Source of the DNA: Blastocladiella emersonii ATCC 22665
Taxonomy: Eukaryota; Fungi; Blastocladiomycota
DNA length: 64,000 nucleotides
Reading direction: 5' to 3'
Assembly (NCBI GenBank): GCA_025594325.1
Contig: JANHCV010000001.1
Coordinates: 4,588,001-4,652,000, forward strand
Shown: positions 12,137 through 22,254 of the stretch, one piece after another
Layout of the letters: each line of letters starts with the position of its first letter
How positions within the stretch are numbered: the stretch's first letter is position 1
Made by a program: the position numbers and the translations under genes
The notes under the pieces: generated by a model
Seen by the model: the letters and a program-made list of their open reading frames with translations, nothing else
What the model was told of the DNA's origin: nothing
The model's database searches: none

Positions 12137-13630
12137 CGGACTTCAAGTTGAGCGCACCGGAACTCGGACATCGCCCTGACGCCTCACGAGGCCATGAGAC
12201 GCACTCAACACCCTCATGGTCATGAATATTCTCAGTGGGCACCAGGTAAATGCTGGGCTCAACCCCAGTGGTCTCCCCGAAAAAATGAAGCCCACGTGAC
12301 CTAGAGCGCGGTCGTCACATAGCGACGCGTCACCTGACCGGCAAGCACCACATAAGCCACCCCTTTTTTGCCCTTTGCTCGCTCCTCATCTCATGAAAAC
12401 ACCCATGAAGCTTCCACCATGTTAACATGCAGCAATGGCATCTCTGTGACCCAATAAAAGTCGCTGAACCTCGTCACGACGCCGTCTTCACACTGAGCGA
12501 GGCGAGGGGAAATGTCGCAACGAGCCCTGACGGTAAGGTGATGCCAAGCGAGGCGTATGCGGTGCTGCTGAGGACTGCGACATTACGCTCGTGCCCGCGA
12601 CGGCCGAGACCACGGGCGAGTGGCCGTCGATCCTCCCGCCGCTCCACCTTCAACGGGTTTGAGCGCCGCCGCGTCGTCGGCAACCGCCTAGCGCGTCTGC
12701 CACCCCGCGCAACCCGTCGCTCGCCTTCGACGTCGAGCGGTACTACAGCCAGTGGTTCTCCCTCCCGTGACCCGCCTGTGTACCATGATCAAGGGCACCA
12801 ACCAGCTCGCGCACTGCCTTGGTCTCGACGCGCGCCAGTTTGTACGCATGTCGGTGCGACCGATGGCGCGGGGAGCGGCGACGCGACCAACAACGTGTAT
12901 TTGCTCAACGTCATGCTCTTGGTGAGGAAAGTTGCCTACTACATGCACCCGCTCAACGCTGGCAAGGCGGCGGCGACCACGGCCAAGGTAGATCATCGTG
13001 CTTCTCACGCACACGAGTTCCACGCAGTCTACATGGCGATCCCTCAACGCTTACTTTTCCGTGAACACCGCACACAGGTCGAACTCGCGTCGCTCTTCAC
13101 GTTTATGCGGGGCGCGGAAGAAACGGCGGCGGTGCTCAAAGTCGGACGGCGATCTCATAGCGGGTTGAATGAATAGCTTCAACATGTTTGCTCAGCTCGG
13201 AACTTGATGGGTCAGCGGCCGCACGAGGCGCAGGCAGAGCTTGAGACGCATGCGCTGGCGACTCAGCTCGAGACGCGCCGAGATGTAATCTGGGCCCTCG
13301 GCGGGATGATCTTCGTGTCAGGTTCGATGTCGCGCGCGCCTCGACGTAGCTCACTCATGCAGTGAAGGCGGCGGTCAACGGAAGAAAAGTCGCCGCGGAG
13401 CGGCGGCCGCGTCGGTCGCGGCGAGCAACCAAACGCGTCCAGCTTCGTGGTCCTATGGATCAGCGTGCACGCGCGCGTGGGCTGCAATAGAGATCGGCGA
13501 GATCCATAGTCGCTGACGGGTCAAATCACTCATGACCATGGTCATGACCATGGCCATGGTGACGCTCCTCGCTCCTCTGATCACATCGCAGAGGTTCAAC
13601 ACGCGGAAGCGGAAAATATCATCGAGGTGC

Positions 13631-13736
13631 CAGTTGAGTTGAGGTTGAGTTGAGGTTGAGTTGGGGAAGTTGAGGTTGAGTTGGGGAGGGGTGGGTGGGG
13701 TGGGGGTGGGGGAGGGGTGGGGGAGGGGCGGGGTTG
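13631..13736 (+). repeat. (GTTGAG)n-like repeat followed by a G-tract array
   Basis: cagttgagttgaggttgagttgaggttgagttggggaagttgaggttgagttggggaggggtgggtggggtgggggtgggggaggggtgggggaggggcgggg read directly from the sequence. Confidence 0.9.
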
Positions 13737-14405
13737 AAAGCCCAGCACGGAGGGGAGCAGTTCCTAACGCTACCGGTCGCCAATAAGAGTCATGATAGAT
13801 ACGCGAAACCGATGATGTATATACAGGATCATGGCGACGCGCGGGAGAGGTTCAAAATTTGACACACCAGGACACACACACGGGGGTACGGCGTAGCTGC
13901 GCACGGCGCGGCCGGGCGAGGGCAGGATGATGGCGGCGAGGTAGCGGCGACGGACGAGCGGGACTCGAGTTCGAGTACGACAAGCTGGACTGGTCCTTGC
14001 GCGCGCACCAGCTTGACCTGCGTCGTCCTCGTCTCCCTCCCTCCCTTGCTCTCCTCGGCGGCTCGGCGGTGTTGCGCGTCGGCTGTGTGTGAAGCCGAGG
14101 GCCTGGGACGCGCGGCGTGCGTGCAGGGAGGGAGCGAGGACGCGAGGAACCGTGCCGGACCGGGATGCACACGCGCGAGCGGGTGCGGGTATCAGGTCCG
14201 GCGGCCGTGTGTGGCCGGTGTCGAGGCAGATGGGCTTGGCCGAGGAGAGGGGGCAGGCAGGAGGGAAGGGCGAGTCTTGGACGACGAGGGCGAGATGGAC
14301 ACGCAGCGAGGAAGCACAGCTCGACAAGCGGCTCGAGTCCCGCGAGCACGGCGACGGCGTTCTCGCGACCCTCCAGCCAGCGACCGACCACGGGCCGGTG
14401 CGCGA

Positions 14406-15004
14406 CTATGCCTTCCCACGGTTGTCCTGCTGCTTGAGCTTTCGGTCCTCGCTGATGTCGCCCGTCTCGCCGGACATGACGGCGATCATGTACGTGATGC
14501 CCGAGATGATGTAGAACTCGGCGCCGACGATGCACGAGAACTGCATGGCCGAGAAGGCCGCAATCATCAGGTACAGGATGGACTTGAGCGCCATGGGCAC
14601 CGGGAACAGCGGCTTTTCGATGGCCAGCGTCATCAGCGCGAACATCATGGCCGTGGCGCCCGGGATCGAGATGGGCTTGTACAGCGGCAGCCTGCAGGAA
14701 CGCGACGAGGACAAGGAGTTAGCCGAGCTCAAGGAATGCAGCGCGATGTGGCGACGCGAGGCGCAGCGCGCACCGGCCGAATGGCGCGAGGCGGTCGGGA
14801 GAAACGTACGCCTTGAACTGCGGCAGCGACGGGTACGAGAAGAGGAGGGACCACAAGCCACCATCGAACAAGCCTGCTCGCGCGAGATGGTGGGTCAGTC
14901 ACCGCGTTCGCGAGGCGGCTGCATTCATCGAGGACGGGAAACGTACAGAGGGCGGCGGCCATGGACATGTAGCGGGCCCACATGGAGTAGACGGTCTTAC
15001 CCAT
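14406..15004 (-). CDS. p22phox (cytochrome b-245 light chain)-like small membrane protein, about 135 aa, 3 exons
   Basis: Exons 15004-14947, 14873-14810 and 14691-14406 (GTACG donors, CAG acceptors, phases consistent). Product: MGKTVYSMWARYMSMAAALCLFDGGLWSLLFSYP...ATAMMFALMTLAIEKP...KSILYLMIAAFSAMQFSCIVGAEFYIISGITYMIAVMSGE... This aligns by eye with human p22phox [25 protein letters not shown]...VCLLEYP...RAVLHLLL...ASGIYLLAAVRGE. Confidence 0.7.
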
Positions 15005-15856
15005 GGTGAACGGTCGACGTTGATGGGCGAGGTGATTGGGCGGAGAGCGTCGCGGTGCACAGCACGGGCGAGCAGGTTGTCGAGGATGGAGAGCGGAGTG
15101 GACAGTGTGGAAGAGGATCCGGCCTCTTGCGCGTTCGTCTACCCCAAGGATGCCAGCGAGGAGCGGCGGGACGAGGGGGGTATAGACCAAGTGGTTGGCG
15201 GGGAGGGTAGAGCGGGAGGAGCACCAGGCTCTTGAAGGGACGGATAGTTTGCGCGTCGCGACTCCGGGTCGGCAGCTAAGTTTTGTCAAACTGGGTCTCG
15301 CGGGAGCGCAAGAAATTTGTACGCAGCGGCCGCGGCAGCAGCGGTTCGCTTGTCCCCGCAAGCGTCAGTGGCGGATGGCGCTGTTTGTGGCTGATTGAAA
15401 CCCTGAACCCACCGCTAAGCCTGGTTTCAGCACTGGGCCAGTGCGGCGCGGCTGTCCGTTGTTGGTGTACGGGAAGTGAGACGCGTTGAACGGCGCCGGA
15501 GGCGTCGTGGAAGGCGTCGAAGGATCGCTTGTCATTGATAGTGTTGATGGCCTTCGTCACTGATCTCATGTTGGCGGCGTGGTGCCACGCTGATGGAGTA
15601 GCGCTCATCGAGGCACCAGATGAGCGACTGTGAACGAGTGCGAACCGTTTCCTCGATTGGGCAAGCACTAATCTTGCCTTCGCGGCTGCGGTCCGACCAT
15701 AACCTCCCGGAAAGATGCCCTGAACGACGCGAGAAACAGCAGGAAGAGACGCGTCGAGGAACCACGAAACAAACGGGCGAGGAGCGGATCTTGAGCAGCG
15801 CTAACTCGGACTTCCCTGCTGCGGCTCGAAAGCCCGTAGAACTTGAATCAAGCTAC

Positions 15857-15976
15857 GGCCGATGATCGTACGGCGACGTCACAGTGAGCCTACGCGGCGC
15901 TCTCGTGTCGCGAAACTCCCTGCCCCCGCGCGTGTGGCGCGTGGTGGTGGCTCGTTGCGACGTGAAGCCGTGGAAG
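15857..15976 (+). pseudogene. Diverged partial duplicate of the HOP2 exon 1 end, intron 1 and exon 2 start
   Basis: ggccgatgatcgta(c/t)ggcgacgtca ... gcccccgcgcgtg(t/c)ggc ... gtggtggctcgt(t/c)gcgacgtg(a/t)agccg matches 16431-16548 collinearly. Confidence 0.8.
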
Positions 15977-16401
15977 TATCGCAGAAGCTGAAGAAGGAAA
16001 CCATGTCATCAGCGACATCTTGATCGTCGCCGTGTATGCCCTGTTTCTGGCGCAACTACATGGGCTGAACGCCGAGTCGGTCACGCCCGTGATCGCGACG
16101 CTGTTGCAAGGCGTGAGCGAGCCCGCGGCGATCAGCGACAAACCGTTTCCTCAATGGGATGGTACTCGTGAAGCGCTTGCAAGTCCTGCTCAGTGCGGCT
16201 CTGCTGCAACTCGCGCCCTAACTGGTGCGAGAGACTCGCTTAGAGACGCGTCGAGAAATCCCGACGTGGTCATGTGTGTGGCGGTGATCGCTCTGACTCC
16301 CTCTGCTCGCGCAGCAGGCCGAAAGCCGAGCGACCCGCGCCCGTCCATCTCTCTCACCCCCACACCGATTTTGCAACGTAGCCCACACAACTTGACGCAA
16401 C

Positions 16402-17411
16402 ATGCCACCCAAGAAAGCGACTGCCACCAAGGCCGATGATCGTATGGCGACGTCAGCGCGAGGCTGCACAGGGCCCTTGTCTCACGGAACACCCCCGCCC
16501 CCGCGCGTGCGGCTTGTGGTGGCTCGTCGCGACGTGTAGCCGAGGAGGAAGTGCGCCAGTACATTCAGCGCTACAACCGGCCCTTCAACTCGAGTACGTT
16601 GTTCCGAGCGGCAGGAACCCCCTGGGTCGTCGGATGCTGACGTGAACGTGAACGAGCGCAGATGACATCTTCAACGCGCTGCAAGGCGCCGTGTCCAAGA
16701 CGGGCGTGACCAAGGCGCTCAACAGCCTCGCCGAGAGCAACGAGGTGGTCGTCAAGACGTTTGGCAAGTCGACCGTATACTTCCCATGCCAGGTACGCCA
16801 TGCTGCGATTCCGTCCTCGTCGCGAGGTCTCACATCGTCTCTGTCTTCGCCGACTTGTGTAGAAGGATGAGGACTGCCCGACGGCCGAGGAGGCGCAGGC
16901 CATGGACGTGGAGATCAACCACCTCAAGGACTCGGTCCCGCAGCTGCAGGCAACGACGGCGGCCAAGGCCAAGGAGCTCTCCGCCCTGACCGCGGCACTA
17001 CCGACCTCGGAGCTCGCCGCACACGTGCAGGAGCTGCGCGACCGGCACGCGCACCTGCTGTCGCGCCTCGAGGCGGTGCGCCCGTCGTCGCAGGGCACCG
17101 ACGCGTCCGGGTCGCTCGCGCGCGTGACGCCCGAGGCCAAGGAGGAAGCTGAGCAGGAGCGCGGCAAGCTGCGCACCGCGTGGGCGAAGCGCAAGCGCAT
17201 GTTCCGCGATGCATGGAACGCCATCACCGAAGATAACCCGACCAAGCCCAAGGTGCTCGCCGAGGAGCTCGGTATCGAGACGGACGAGCAGGCCGGCGTC
17301 TCCATCGATAGCATCCCGATGCCGGCGCCCGCCAAGCGCGGTGCGGCAGGGCTCGGGGCCAAGCGCGCGGCGCCAGCACGGGCCGCGCCGGCCAAGCGCC
17401 GCAAGATGTGA
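16402..17411 (+). CDS. HOP2: Meiotic recombination protein Hop2 (TBPIP/PSMC3IP); 4 exons
   Basis: Spliced product MPPKK...EEEVRQYIQRYNRPFNSNDIFNALQGAVSKTGVTKALNSLAE..EVVVKTFGKSTVYF..Q (winged helix, NRP motif), then coiled coil, then W.KRKRMFRDAWNAITE..P......EELGIETDE. First intron 16442-16539. Confidence 0.9.
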
Positions 17412-17943
17412 GCAGAGGTGTGAGGACGCGAGAGCGAGCATGTAACCGTGCCCCCAGCATCATCAGAGTACCATATAATCATAGCATTTCTCTCCCCTCC
17501 ATGAGTGACGCACCGAGTGTCCCTCAAACCCGGGGCCAGGCACTTGAGCCAGATTCGCGACGCGTCTCGCACCGGGCACACGCACTCGGCCGCGACCGAC
17601 CCCTTCTCCCCCACCGCCCCGTCCAATCACGACCCTCGCCCCGCAATGAAGACGAATGGATCGCCATGGAATGCCACGCTGCTTGCTTGTTCACGCCGGC
17701 GCCGTGACGCGTCGGAACGCTGCCGACGCGCTCGGACCGCCGCGCGTCTCGCGTCGCCGACCGAGATGGGGCCGAGTCCCTGGCCCTCATCTTCAACGTG
17801 CCGTCATGCACCGCGACACCGAGGGCGAACGACTGCGGAGACGGTGAGGGAGCCGGCGTCGCGTCGGTGAGTATAAAGGTCGGCGGTCCCCGCCGCGTGC
17901 AGCATGAAGTGCACCATCAACCCCACCCTCGCCGTCCCTCGCC

Positions 17944-20156
17944 ATGCCCTACTGCCGCAAGTTTGTCGTCGGCAAGCCGACCGCGCTCGTCGCCGACGCG
18001 ACAACTTTCGCCGATCCCGACCTCGACTCTGACGCGGCCGGCCCGTCACGCCCGCGCCAGGCGCCGCATGTCGCCGTGACCGTGTCGTTCGAGGACGACG
18101 AGGCTGCCGCGTCCGACGTTCCCGCCGCGTCCGAGCCTGTCCCGCTCGTCGACCCCATGGAGGTCGACGACGTGGAGCCAACCGCGGCCAGCGAGCCCGA
18201 GCTCCTCCCGGCGACCAAGCGGATCCGCACCACGGCGACGCCGCCGGCGTTTGCGCGGACCTCGCCCGTCGCCATCCTCGGCGCGCCGCCGCCCGCGCCG
18301 CGATTCGGCGCTGCGACGCCTCCTCCTCCCGCATCCGAGTCCACCACGCCTTCGGCTGCGGACCCGTCCACGTCCACGACCACGCCGCCCAAGAAGACGA
18401 CCAAGGCGCGCGCGATTCTGCCGCTCATCCAGAAGGCGCGCAAGCGCATCGTGTCGACCATCGAGTCGCACCAGGAGGGCCTCGAGGGCTCGGCCAAGGA
18501 CGTGGCCGCGTACGACGTGCTCGCGCACCCCGTGACGGTCGCGTTCCGCGTGCGCCCCGTGCTCGACGAGGAAACGGAGCGCGGGCTGTACGAGGGCGTC
18601 TTTGTGCATAACCCGACGACGTACCTGTACCACCCGATCGAGAGTACGTTGCTTCTCGCTCGACGACTCGTTCGAATCCCCACTGACCTGTTCTCACCAT
18701 CGTTTAGGCCTGTTCTGCGACCTGTCGCTCGAAACGCACGTTTTCGATAACGTGGACTGCTCGTTCGGCCCCAGCGACTCGCCCGACCGCGTCTACGACA
18801 CGCTCGTCGCGCCGCTCGTCCCCTTCGTCCGCGGCGGAGGCATGGCCACCGTGTTCGCGTACGGCCAGACGCGCGGGAAAAACCCACAGCATGAACCACA
18901 TTACGCGCCGCCTCCCCCTCGACCTGTTTCCGGCGGTCGCGGCCACGCACAAGGTCACTGTCTCGTACGTCGAAATCTACGGCGACACGGTGACGGACCT
19001 GCTCGGCGACCGCCGCGACCTGCGCGTGCGGTGCGCGCCGCAGGGCACCGTGGTGATCGGCGCGACGCAGCAGCGCGTGAGCTCGGCCGACGAGTTCCAG
19101 CGCGTCGTCGAGGCCGGCGCCGAGAACCGCCGCACCCGCGCCACGTTCAAGAACGCCGGGTCGTCGCGCTCGCACGCCGTGTGCGTCGTCAGCCTGCACC
19201 GCCGCGGCGGCGTCGACGCGTACGACTCGGGCGACGACGAGGAGGAGAACCCCGAGGCCGACTTCTCATTCGACGCGCAGTCGCTCCCCGACGGCCTGCT
19301 GCTCGGGCCCAACACGCTGCTGATCGTCGACCTGGCCGGGTCCGAGCGCCGCGGCGACCAGATGCACCACGACGCGGTGCGCACCGAGGAGACGCGCATC
19401 ACCAACCAGTCGCTCGCCACGCTCAAGGAGTGCATCCGTGCGCGCCACCAGCACACGATCGAGGCGGCGCGCGCCAAGGCCAACCCGGGGCGCCGCACGC
19501 GCCACGTCCATGTCCCGTTCCGGACCTCGAAGCTGACGATGATATTAAAGGAGGCGCTTGACCCGGCGTCGCGCGTGCGGTCGCGCACCGTGGTCCTGGG
19601 TCACCTTGCGCCGGCGCTCGCCGACAGCGAGCACTCGCTCAACACGGCGCGGTACGTGGCCAACCTCAAGTCGGCCGCGGTCGCGGTGCCGACGGACCTC
19701 GCGCGCCGCCACGCCAAGCGCGCCAAGGCGCTCGCGCGGCACCCGTCGGCGTAGCCGTACTCGCACCTCGTCCAGCGGATCCGCCAGTGGTCCGACGACG
19801 CGGTCGATCTCACGCAGATCCTCTCGTACCACGACCCGTCGTCGGACGCGGTGCGCGAGCGCACGCTCAACATGGGCCTGATGGTCGACCCGACGGCGGA
19901 CACGGCCGAGCAGGAGCGCGTGCTCGCTCTCAAGTTCACCGGGATCAACGGCGAGCGCACCATGACCAAGGACTTTTCGCGCGCGCCCGTCTGGCTCGAG
20001 CTGTACCGCATGCCGCTCCGCGAGTGGCTCCAGCGCGCGCGGCCGGCGCCCCGCCGTAAGGCCCAGCGCGCGTGGGAGCAGTACCGCCTCGCGGTCGCCG
20101 AGGGCCGCGCGCAGGGGCTCGCGCAGGCCGAGAAGGTCCTCGTCCTCCTCGTCTGA
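17944..20156 (+). pseudogene. Kinesin-13-like motor gene disrupted by a frameshift in the P-loop and an in-frame TAG
   Basis: Motor motifs V.FRVRP, FAYGQT, SSRSHAV, IVDLAGSE, NQSL.TLKECIRA and HVPFR.SKLT.ILK. Intron 18644-18707. The frame changes at 18871-18882 (GQT-cgc-ggg-aaaa-acc-cac-agc-atg). TAG at 19752-19754 is followed by in-frame codon-biased sequence to TGA at 20154-20156. Confidence 0.75.
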
Positions 20157-20229
20157 GTTCCTGATCTCACTCGTTCCAGCAGTACCCGATGAATAAATAT
20201 CACGCCAGTTTGTTGTCTCACAGCTACCA

Positions 20230-22213
20230 CTACGCTTGCTTGGCGACCGCAGCCTTGGGCTTGGCGAGGGACGCGATTCGGGCACGCCTTGCGGCGGCCA
20301 CGGCCGCGACCTTGGTGGCGGCGGCGGGCGCCGGGACCGTCTTGGTCGCGACGACGACGGGTGCGGTCGCTTCCTCGAGCAGCTGGTCGTACTTGGCCTT
20401 GAGCTCGTTCATTCTATGCGCGGACCGTCGGTCAGTTGAGGGAGAGGGAAGGTGTGCGACGGATGAGCGAACGTACTTTTCTCGGAACTGGTCTGTGAGC
20501 TTGCCCTTTCGCCGCTCCCACTCGAGCTCGAGGTGCTCCTTTTCTACACGCCGCGAGCATCCAAGTTAGCCTTGTACCGCGATGGTACACACGAGCAGCC
20601 GCGCGTACCCTTCTGCCGGTTCGCCGCGACATCATCGCGCATCTTACGCAGCGTGTCCGCGTACTCGCCCTTGATCCTCGCGAGCTCCGTCCTCGCACGT
20701 TCGCGGAGCGCGTCGAGCTCAGCCTTGACCGCGTCCCGCTCGCGCTCGGCGGCCGCCTGCGCCTTGATCGCGGCCTTGAGCGGCTCGCGGTTGCGGTTGA
20801 CGGCCGCGACAAACTCGGCGACGGTCTGGTCGCGCAGCGCGGCGAGCCGCGCCTCCCACGCGGTCGCGGACCGCGTCTCGTCGAGCGCGCGCGCCGTCTG
20901 CGCCTCCTCGAACCGGCTGCGCCACTCGTGCGCCTGCTTGGTCGCCGTGTCGGTCGCCGCGGCCGCGGTCGCGAGACGGTGTTCGAAGTCGCGCGTCGCG
21001 CGGTCCAGCTCGGCGCGGGTGCTCGCGGCATCGGCGTGGGCGCGGTCGAGCTCGGCGCGCGTGCTCGCGGCATCGGCCTGCGCGCGGCGCACCTCGCCGC
21101 GGAGGTTCTGGATCGCGGCCTTGGCGGCAGCCGCGTCGCCGTCGGTCTCGGCACCAGCAGCGGCGCCGACGACGGGGCTCGTGAGCCGCGCGACCGACGC
21201 GGATGTCGGGACACGGCTGTGGTGCGACTGCAGGCGGAGCTGGTGGACCTCGTTCTCGAGCTCGTGGATGGCCGCGCGGTCTGCGTCCATTTCGGCGCGC
21301 ACGAGCGCGACCCACGCGGCCGGGTGGTCGGCCTCGGGCCGCGCGGCGTCGGACGGGATCAGCGACTGGATGTGCTGGCGCCACTGCCGCTCGACGGCCG
21401 CCACGGCGGCGGCGACTGCGGCCTTGCCCGTCAGCGGCGGCTCGGGCGCCGGTGGTTCGGGTGCTGGTTCGGGGACGATCGGGTCCGTCTGCACGCCCAC
21501 GGTGGCCGACTCGACGTGACACTGCGCGCTGGTGGTGACGGGCTGCGCGCGCGCGGCAGCGGCCTCGGCGCGGGTCCGCGCCACCGCGTCAGCGACCGCG
21601 CGATCCCGTTCTGCGGCAGCCTCGGCGCGCGTCCTCGCGACCGCGTCCGCGACCGCGCGGTCGCGCTCCTCGGCCATCTGCGCCTGGACGTTGGCGTACA
21701 TCTGGCGCAGTTCGTCCTCCTTTTCCTTGAGGATCCTGCGCTTGGTGGCGCGGGCGTCGTCGCGGAAGCTGGCCTCGATGGTCTTGCGGAGCTCGCCGAC
21801 GTTCTCGTTCTCAGCGCGGGCGCACGCGAGGTCGGCCTCGAGCTGCGACACGCGCGCGCGGAGCTCGTCGCGCTCCGCGTCGTACGCGGTGCGGGCCGCG
21901 GCGCGCTCGGCCTGGTGCTTGTCGAGCAGCTCGCGCATCTCGGCCTGCAGCTGCTTGACGACCACGTCGTGGTACACCCGCGTCACGGTCTCGAATGGCG
22001 GCGACGAGGCGGACGTGTGGGCCGAGTGGCCGGGGTGGAATCCGGGAAGCGCGCCCCCGCCGCCGCCCACGCCGAGCGCGGACATGGTGAAGGGCAGCGT
22101 GGTCGAGGCGCCGAAATGTGGTTGATGCAGCGTACTCGCGTGGTAGCCCGAGGCCGCGAACGGGTACTGGTCCACGGGCGACGGGCGCTGCGACTGCTGC
22201 TGCTGTGGTGGCA

Positions 22214-22254
<41 letters not shown>

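Noticed and set aside
13631-13690. GTTGAG repeats as an interstitial telomere or CRISPR-like array
   Set aside because: Not a TTAGGG-type unit, irregular and short, with no repeat-spacer structure.
16402-17411. Calling this gene MND1
   Set aside because: The NRP winged-helix start and the W.KRKRM...EELGIETDE end fit Hop2 rather than Mnd1.
19751-19775. A 25-nt micro-intron (GTAGCC...CCAG) removing the kinesin TAG
   Set aside because: Far shorter than other introns, non-consensus donor, no branch point, and its removal would shift the frame.
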